Shown: one piece after another, positions 34,944 to 42,809 of the stretch
How positions within the stretch are numbered: position 1 is the first letter of the stretch
Layout of the letters: the number at the start of each line of letters is the position of its first letter
From: Octopus bimaculoides
Taxonomy: Eukaryota
Reading direction: 5' to 3'
Length of the DNA: 42,809 bases
Assembly (NCBI RefSeq): GCF_001194135.2
Contig: NC_068987.1
Coordinates: forward strand, 10,621,807 to 10,664,615
Translations under genes and position numbers: made by a program
The notes under the pieces: model-generated
Seen by the model: the letters and a program-made list of their open reading frames with translations, nothing else
What the model was told of the DNA's origin: nothing
The model's database searches: none

Positions 34944-36217
34944 ATGGCCGCATTCTCTCCGCAATGAATGACAATTCATATTTTTGAATGTCATTAAGGC
35001 AAGCAGAACTGTATTAATATTTAAATGACTTACGTAATGAAGTTTATTAAGTACAACATCGAAACACAGCCAAGACACAGATATCGAATAGTTTCTAATT
35101 AATCAACGTCATATTTTATTAAGACTTATCTTATATCGCTCTCCCTTTCTCTATCTCCTTCTCCCCCTCTTTTTCTCTCTATGTATGTATCTCTCTATCT
35201 ATCTAATTATCCGTCTATTTATCTGTCTATCTGCCTACCTCTCAGATAGACGCACACATACAAGTGTTCCCATACACACGCACACACATACACAGTTACG
35301 CATGAGTGCTCCTCGTGCTCTCCCCCCCCTCCTCACCAGCCATACATCCTACTCTCCTTATACACTGCACTTGCCTCTTACTTTCTTTATCCCTCCTTCT
35401 CTCTCTCGTCCCTTCAATCTCTCTCCTGCTTCTCCTCACTCACTCTCACTCACATTCACTCTTTCTTTCTTACTATCTATATCTCTCTCCTTCTTTCTCA
35501 CCCGCATAGATAGACAGACAGACAGATGGAGAGATAGACAAACAGACAGACGGATAGAAAGAGAGACAGAGCAGCAGAGAGAAAGACAAAAGACTGAGGT
35601 AAAATATAAAAATAAAAATCTTCGAAAAAAACACATTAAAAGAAAACAAAACAGATGTAAGAATTAAAGCAACAATATTTCTAAGAAAAAAAACAAAAAA
35701 ACAAAAAACACCAACAAAGAATTGCAGCAGAGAATTGAAAATAAAAGAGAAATTACATTTTTTTTTTTCTCTTGAGCATAAAGAATTATCAAAGACAGCT
35801 TTAAATGCATACAACCAAAGAATTGTCAAATGCATAAATTGATAAACGTGACAGTATTTATTTAGCAAGTCTGGTGTGCATTAACAATGAATATTTCAGA
35901 TTTTGCATGCTTTGGAGAATATATGCATGTGTGTATCATATATGTGTGTGTGTATCGTATGTGTCTGTGTGTGTTTTCTAGTGTTGTTTTTTGTGGTGAT
36001 ACAATAGCAGGTATCAAACACTGTCAAAAGTTTAGCAACTGTAGCTTCGTTTAGTGTTTTTATTATTTAAAATATATTCAGCAATAGTTTTAAGTGTTCA
36101 GTGCTGTGATTTTTACCGGAGGCAGTAGTTGCTTGCCCTACTTAAATAGCAACGAATATTTTGCTTCAAATCATCCCCTCTTTTTTTTTTGGAGGGGGTT
36201 TTGTAATTTTTAACATA

Positions 36218-36374
36218 CAGGTGCAGGCATGGCTGTGTGGTAAGATGCTTGCTTCTCAATGACATGGTTCTGGGTTCAGTTACGCTGTGTAGGTACCTTG
36301 GGAAAGTGTCTTCTATAGGCTCTGGCCAACCGAAATCTTGTGAGTGGATTTGGTAGACAGAAACTGAAAGAAGC
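36218..36374 (+). mobile_element. Family A SINE 5' half, host of a nested insertion
   Basis: GCAGGCATGGCTGTGTGGTAAG...GGATTTGGTAGACAGAAACTGAAAGAAGC. Confidence 0.9.
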
Positions 36375-36604
36375 GGTGAGCTGGCAGAAACGTTAGCACG
36401 CCGGGCGAAATGCTTAGCGGTATTTCGTCTGCCTTTAAGTTCTGAGTTCAAATTCTGCCAAGGTCGACTTTGCCTTTCATCCTTTCGGGGTCGATAAATT
36501 AAGTACCAGTTATGCACTGAGGTTGATGTAATCAACTTAATCCCTGTGTCTGTCCTTGCTTGTCCCCTCTATGTTTAGCACCTTGTGGGCAATAAAGAAA
36601 TAAA
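36375..36604 (+). mobile_element. Young family B SINE inserted in family A SINE
   Basis: Near-consensus copy; TSD AAACTGAAAGAAGC at 36361-36374 and 36605-36618. Confidence 0.93.
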
Positions 36605-36737
36605 AAACTGAAAGAAGCTCTTTGTATATGTCCAGTCCATGCCAGCATCAATGTTAAATGATGATGATGATATATACATATATATATATATATTATCATC
36701 ATCATCATTGATTAATGTCTGCTTTCCATGCCATGCA

Positions 36738-36893
36738 GGAATGGCTGTGTGGTAAGTAGCTCCCTTACCAACCACATGGTTCTGGGTTGAGTCCTACTGC
36801 GTGGCACCTTGGGCAAGTGTCTTCTACTATAGCCTCAGGCCGACCAAAGCCTTGTGAGTGAATTTGGTAGACGGAAACTGAAAGAAGCCCGTC

Positions 36894-36895
<2 letters not shown>
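36738..36895 (+). mobile_element. Family A SINE 5' half followed by (TA)n(TG)n(GAT)n
   Basis: Near-consensus head and CORE-like segment ending GAAAGAAGCCCGTCG. Confidence 0.92.
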
Positions 36896-36969
<74 letters not shown>

Positions 36970-37000
36970 GTATATGTATATATATATATGTGTGTGTGTG

Positions 37001-37038
<38 letters not shown>

Positions 37039-37218
37039 TTGACGACGGTGATGATGATGATGACAGTGATGATGATGACGACAACGATGATGATGATGAT
37101 GATGATGATAATGGCGATGATGATGATGATGATAATGGCGACGATGATGATGATGATAGTGACGACGACGACGACAACGATGATGATGATGATGATATTT
37201 GTATGACAGGCAGCTACA

Positions 37219-37367
37219 CAGTTTGCATCTACCAAATCCACTCACAGGGTGTTGGTCCATACAGGGGTTACGGCAGAAGACACCTGTCGAGGAAATGCCA
37301 CGGAATGGGATTGAACCCAGAACCACGCAGCTGCAAAGTCGAGCTTCATAACCACACGACCAAGCCT
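37219..37367 (-). mobile_element. Older family A-related SINE, inverted relative to 36738 copy
   Basis: TCTACCAAATCCACTCAC...AGAAGACAC...GGGATTGAACCCAGAACCAC. Confidence 0.75.
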
Positions 37368-37998
37368 TTGTCGTTAAGTGTACGCAGGCATATTTTTTTT
37401 TTTTGCAAAGAAACACAAAATTTGCATGCAATGCAATTTTTTGTGCACACACACACACACACACACATAACTGCAGCGAAAAAAAAGTTAAGGAAAACAT
37501 TGTTCTCCACCTTTAAAAAGCTAAGTCTGCTTGTTTATTGTATAAGAAACTGTGGCTGTCACCGCTCTGTTTGTCTCAATTCCCTGTTTGTATATGTGAC
37601 AAGCTGTGTTGTTATTCACAGTTTTACTGCAACGTAAATAAAAACTGGCATGTGTAAAATTACATGTGAAAATTGCTTGTGTGAATGACATTGGTAAGCT
37701 ATGTAATAAGGAAATAACTTAATAAACAAATAATATGCATTGGTACATATACTAACACAATCCGAAGAAAAATGTACAATGTCTTTTAACGTGAGTTAGA
37801 TGTTTTGAATGGAGGAAGAGAAAGAAATAAAAAAGGAAAAGACTAACAGAAGCCTTGTTGCTATGGACGCAGAGTTTTAACATAGAAAATCCATAAAGAC
37901 TGTTTGTTTTTCGGAGGATTTTTTTTTTTTTTTAGTTAAACCTCAATCGTCAAGGTTGTAGATAAAGTGCTGGTTGTTTATATCCTGTGTTCAAAATA

Positions 37999-38225
37999 TT
38001 AGGTTGGGTTCAAAGTTTTTTGCTAAATTTTGGTAAATTATTTGATTTATTTGTCAAGTTCCAAGAAAACCAGCCTAGAATTCAAAGTAGAGGCCATCGT
38101 GTTGCACCGTCTCAAACGATCGTGTTCTTTCTGCCAGTTCTTTGATCCCATTCTGATATCAGTTCTTGTCCTTTGAGTTGAAGAATTCCTTCACTAAAAC
38201 TTCCACCTCCTCTTAGGTTGAAGAA
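37999..38225 (-). pseudogene. Mariner (DD34D-type) transposase C-terminal remnant with terminal inverted repeat
   Basis: Minus strand EEVEVLVKEFFNSKDKN*YQNGIKELAER...VQHDGLYFEF* (stop 38075-38077); end TA-TTAGGTTGG at 37997-38007. Confidence 0.85.
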
Positions 38226-38276
38226 TCATCATGAGCGCCAGAATTGTGCCATGGTCTAGGACAAATGCTAATCTAT

Positions 38277-38766
38277 AGGCACAAGAGTGGCTGTGTGGTA
38301 AGTAGCTTGCTTACCAATTACATGGTTTCAGGTTCAGTCTCACTGCATGGCACTTTGAGCAAGTGTCTTCTACTATAGCCTCAGGCCGACCAAAGCCTTG
38401 TGAGTCAATTTCATAGACGGAAACTGAAAGAGGCCCGTCAAATATATATATGTGTATATATATATACCTGAGTAAGCACATAAAAAAGAGTACTCAAATA
38501 CCAGAGGTAGAGTAATATGCTTTATTTAAAAGCAGCAGAAATATGACAAAAGATGTTACTCAGAGTTTCACGTTCCCCTTCGTCGGACAGTTATGAATAA
38601 AGTATATATANNNNNNNNNNNNNNNNNNNNNNNNNNNNNNNNNNNNNNNNNNNNNNNNNNNNNNNNNNNNNNNNNNNNNNNNNNNNNNNNGCTCGACAAA
38701 AAGCAGTGCTCCAGCATGGCCACAGTCAAATGACTGAAACAAGTAAAAGAGTAAAAATAAAAGAAA
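38277..38766 (+). mobile_element. Full-length family A SINE (5' half 38277-38440, 3' tail 38691-38766) with internal (TA)n carrying an insert
   Basis: Head plus CORE-like segment, then (TA)n, 136-bp insert, gap, then GCTCGAC...GTGCTCCAGCATGGCCACAGTCAAATGACTGAAACAAGTAAAAGA. Confidence 0.85.
38554..38589 (-). ncRNA. Variant minimal type I hammerhead-like motif (U4C core)
   Basis: Minus strand TGT-CCGACGA-AGG-ggaa-CGT-GAAA-CT-ctg-AG-TA-ACA: stems I, II (one G-G mismatch) and III in correct topology, GUA triplet, AATAAA downstream. Confidence 0.45.
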
Positions 38767-38791
38767 AAGTATATTGTTGTTGTTGTTGTTT

Positions 38792-38826
<35 letters not shown>

Positions 38827-39059
38827 GGTAGTGGTGGTGGTGGTGGTGGTATGCGCAGTTATAGTGGACAGTGTGTCAATACTTGATATAACACGGAACT
38901 ACTTTCAGAATCTAAATTTCTTCCCGGAAGGTTTTTCAAAATTAAAAATAAACAAATAAATAAATAATTACATTATGTGTGTGTATGTATGTGTGTGTGT
39001 GTGTGCGCGCGCATGTGTGTGTGTGTATACACTTAATAAATGTGTACATATATCTGTGC

Positions 39060-39096
<37 letters not shown>

Positions 39097-39139
39097 CGTG
39101 TGTGTGTGTGTGTGTGTGTGTAAATGCAAAGGTGGAGGT

Positions 39140-39266
39140 AATGGGGAGGGAGGGAGGAGGAGGTGGAGGAGAAGAAGAAGAAGAAGAAGAAGAAGAAGAA
39201 GAAGAAGAAGAAGAAGAAGAAGAAGAAGATGTTTCATATAGACTCAAGTATGAAGGAAAGAAAGTT

Positions 39267-39309
<43 letters not shown>

Positions 39310-39330
39310 GGGAGAAAGCAAGAAAGAAAT
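39140..39330. repeat. (GGA)n(GAA)n and (GATA)n microsatellites
   Basis: Direct reading. Confidence 0.95.
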
Positions 39331-40272
39331 AATGAAAGAAAAAAAGAAAGAAAGAAGGAGAAAAAAAACTATTCAGATATAAAATAAATGTTCAATTATA
39401 TAGAGAGATTTTTTTAACCAATTTCATAGTGAACAAAAGGACAGAGTTACTCCATTGAAAACCAATACAAGAGAATAGAGAACAAAACAACACACACACA
39501 CACACACACACACTGATATATGCACTGACATAGAAATATACACATTCACATATATACATATTTTTGTATGCATAGACATATCAATATATATACATATATA
39601 AATATATATGTATATATATAAATACATATATACATATATACATATCTATATATAAATATATATNNNNNNNNNNNNNNNNNNNNNNNNNNNNNNNNNNNNN
39701 NNNNNNNNNNNNNNNNNNNNNNNNNNNNNNNNNNNNNNNNNNNNNNNNNNNNNNNNNNNNNNNNNNNNNNNNNNNNNNNNNNNNNNNNNNNNNNNNNNNN
39801 NNNNNNNNNNNNNNNNNNNNNNNNNNNNNNNNNNNNNNNNNNNNNNNNNNNNNNNNNNNNNNNNNNNNNNNNNNNNNNNNNNNNNNNNNNNNNNNNNNNN
39901 NNNNNNNNNNNNNNNNNNNNNNNNNNNNNNNNNNNNNNNNNNNNNNNNNNNNNNNNNNNNNNNNNNNNNNNNNNNNNNNNNNNNNNNNNNNNNNNNNNNN
40001 NNNNNNNNNNNNNNNNNNNNNNNNNNNNNNNNNNNNNNNNNNNNNNNNNNNNNNNNNNNNNNNNNNNNNNNNNNNNNNNNNNNNNNNNNNNNNNNNNNNN
40101 NNNNNNNNNNNNNNNNNNNNNNNNNNNNNNNNNNNNNNNNNNNNNNNNNNNNNNNNNNNNNNNNNNNNNNNNNNNNNNNNNNNNNNNNNNNNNNNNNNNN
40201 NNNNNNNNNNNNNNNNNNNNNNNNNNNNNNNNNNNNNNNNNNNNNNNNNNNNNNNNNNNNNNNNNNNNNNNN

Positions 40273-40323
<51 letters not shown>

Positions 40324-40951
40324 TATACACATATATACAAACATATACATTCGTAAGACTAACATGGATGTGAACATATGTAAATGTATATGTGCACCTG
40401 TTTATTTATAGACATCTTCCGTCAGCTACAGACACGCATACATGTGTGCATACATACGCATGTACATATGCAGAGAAATAAAAGCTTGTAGAGACGCATA
40501 GACACACACACAAAGACACGCACACACACACACACATATATATATATGCATGTGTACACATATATATTCACCCACACACACACATTTGCGCGCATGTGTA
40601 TCCATGTGTGTGTGTTATAACACACGTTGAAATTGTCAATACCTGCCTGGAGATGAATGCTGTTCTTTTGAGAGGGAATAGCAAGATTGGTGAGCTGAAT
40701 ACAGATAACAAATACCTTGTCAAAAGTATTAGAATGCAGCCATAATTCAAATTATTTGGCTGCAGAAAACTATCAATTCAAAGAAAGATGAGGATAAAGA
40801 TTGACATACATATATATATGTATATATATGTGTATATATATACATAAAAGCTTACATGCATACATACAAACATATCTACTTATTTATCTATCTATCTTAT
40901 CTATCTATCTGTCTACCCAAATATCTATCTAGATATCTGTCTATCTATCTG

Positions 40952-40994
<43 letters not shown>

Positions 40995-41239
40995 GATATC
41001 TGTCTGTCAATCTATTCATATATATATATATATCCATCTTTCAATCTATTTATCTCTCTATCTACCTACCTACCTATCTATGTCTGCCTGTCTATCTATC
41101 TGTGTGTGTGTGTACATACACATGTAGGTGTGCATGTATACAGGTAGCTGCATAGGTAAGTAAGTAGCTATATAATGGTAGAAGGAAAGAGAGATAAGTA
41201 GATAGGCAGGTAGATAAATCAGGAAGATATTTATTTATT

Positions 41240-41289
<50 letters not shown>

Positions 41290-41290
<1 letters not shown>

Positions 41291-41442
41291 AGACTCCAGT
41301 CTTGCATGGAAACCGTGCCTGGCCATGGGAAATATTACTTTGTTTGGAGTCAGACAAGGATTGGTGACAGGAAGGGGATCCAACTGTAGAAAATGTGTCT
41401 TATGCAAGCATGGAACAGTGGACATTAAAGGATGGTGATGTC

Positions 41443-41490
<48 letters not shown>
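41290..41490 (+). mobile_element. RTE-tailed element 3' end with (GAT)n tail
   Basis: GGTGACAGGAAGGGGATCCAACTGTAGAAAA...ATGCAAGCATGGAACAGTGGACATTAAAGGATG. Confidence 0.75.
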
Positions 41491-41491
<1 letters not shown>

Positions 41492-41499
41492 GTAATAAT

Positions 41500-42035
41500 A
41501 TGTGTGTGTGTGTTTATGTATGTATATATAGATATATAGTATACACATATGAATACACCCACTCAAATAAGTGTATTCATATGTGTATTTATGTGTATGT
41601 GATTTTGTGTGCAAGTGTGTGTGTGTGTGTGTGTGGATATATCTCTGTGTGTATGTGTATGTGTGTCTGTATCTGTTTGTGTATATGTATGTGAGTGTAT
41701 GTGTGTATGTATGTGTGTGTATGTGTGTGTATGTGTGTATATGTATGCCCATGTTTGTGTATGTGCCTGTTTTTTTTTGTGTATAAGTGTTTGTGTATTT
41801 GTGTCTATGTGTGTATGTGCATATATTTCCTCATTGTGTATGTGCGTATATGTGCTTTTGTGTCTATGTGTATATGTGTTTTTGCATGCATACCTATATT
41901 TGTGTGTGTGTGTGTGTATGTGAGTGTGTATGTGTGTGTGAGCATGAGTATGTGTGTGTATGTGAGCATGTGTGTGTGTGTGAGTATGTGTATGTGTGCG
42001 TGTGAGCATGTGTATGTGTGTGTATGTATGAGCAC

Positions 42036-42068
<33 letters not shown>

Positions 42069-42075
42069 CATGTGT
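41500..42075. repeat. Degenerate (TG)n/(TATG)n tract
   Basis: Direct reading. Confidence 0.9.
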
Positions 42076-42266
42076 ATGAGTGTGTGTGATGCAATATTGA
42101 CATTGTTTGGATCAGATCAAGAATGGTTTTCATTTTTCTGTTCGGATTAAAATCAATCCCGAAAGGATTCGACAAACCACACTGACTGTCAATAATCCAT
42201 TTATTGTATTATCCAGGTTTCCATCAATAACTGGACTGTGGTCAGACTGGAGCACATCCCTCTATG

Positions 42267-42344
42267 ACATGCATATAATTGATTAAATTGACATTGTCCA
42301 CACACACATGCATATAATTGATTAAATTGACATTGTCCACACAC
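42267..42344. repeat. Perfect 39-bp tandem duplication
   Basis: ACATGCATATAATTGATTAAATTGACATTGTCCACACAC at 42267 and 42306. Confidence 0.92.
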
Positions 42345-42595
42345 ACACACACTCACTCATAAAGGCTACTGCTGAGGGATCATTGATAAAAAGACCCCAA
42401 GGTGGGATTTTTAAACTTAGAATTCTAAAAAGATATAATCAGATGATATGCCAATGCTTTGAGGAATTTTTGTCTGAGGCTTTACCAAATCTTGCATCCT
42501 TCCGTCATATATATGTGTATGTAAGTGCACACATTTGTGCAGGTGTGTATAAATATATATATACATATATATCTATATGTATGTGTGTGTGTGTA

Positions 42596-42627
<32 letters not shown>

Positions 42628-42809
42628 CACACAAAAGAAAAGCATGCACATACACAAATATGGGCATAGATATACACACATGCACACACATACACACACA
42701 TATACATATACACAAATAGATACAAACATATACATACATACACACAGAGATATATCCACGCAGATAAGTACCGTATTCACCTTCAATCTATGTGTATATA
42801 TGTATATAT

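Larger units (their letters stand above)
2729..40272. other. 15 assembly gaps: 2729-3330, 4542-4630, 5974-6828, 7674-7952, 12940-13059, 13451-13940, 14993-15002, 17987-18177, 22395-23072, 23623-23814, 30561-30770, 31750-31759, 32737-33480, 38611-38690, 39664-40272
   Basis: N runs, mostly flanked by microsatellites or repeats. Confidence 1.

Noticed and set aside
1-42809. Long ORFs in the track (poly-M/D/H/Y-I/C-V/L-S/R-E and X-spanning)
   Set aside because: Translations of microsatellites and N-gaps; no domain content

Overview
Eukaryotic, AT-rich, microsatellite-saturated draft-assembly window with 15 N-gaps (~5.2 kb, ~12%). From recalled repeat families it is most consistent with an Octopus (coleoid cephalopod) genome; this is recognition, not a database result. 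No host protein-coding gene could be identified, and nearly all ORF-track entries are microsatellite or gap artefacts. Real coding remnants are all transposon-derived: two RTE-type LINE ORF2 C-termini, R4/Dong-like RLE-endonuclease and RT fragments, and two Tc1/mariner transposase C-termini. The rest is several tRNA-derived SINE families, RTE-tailed non-autonomous elements, a hAT MITE with an 8-bp TSD and tandem piggyBac-type MITEs. The most notable signals are two short non-coding modules carrying minimal type I hammerhead-ribozyme cores (832-877 and 38554-38589, both minus strand) of the Penelope/retrozyme dimer-cleaving type, plus a third decayed candidate. Also of note are TSD-proven composite/nested SINE insertions, microsatellites seeded by retroposon tails, and a few unique-sequence islands with regulatory-looking motifs.
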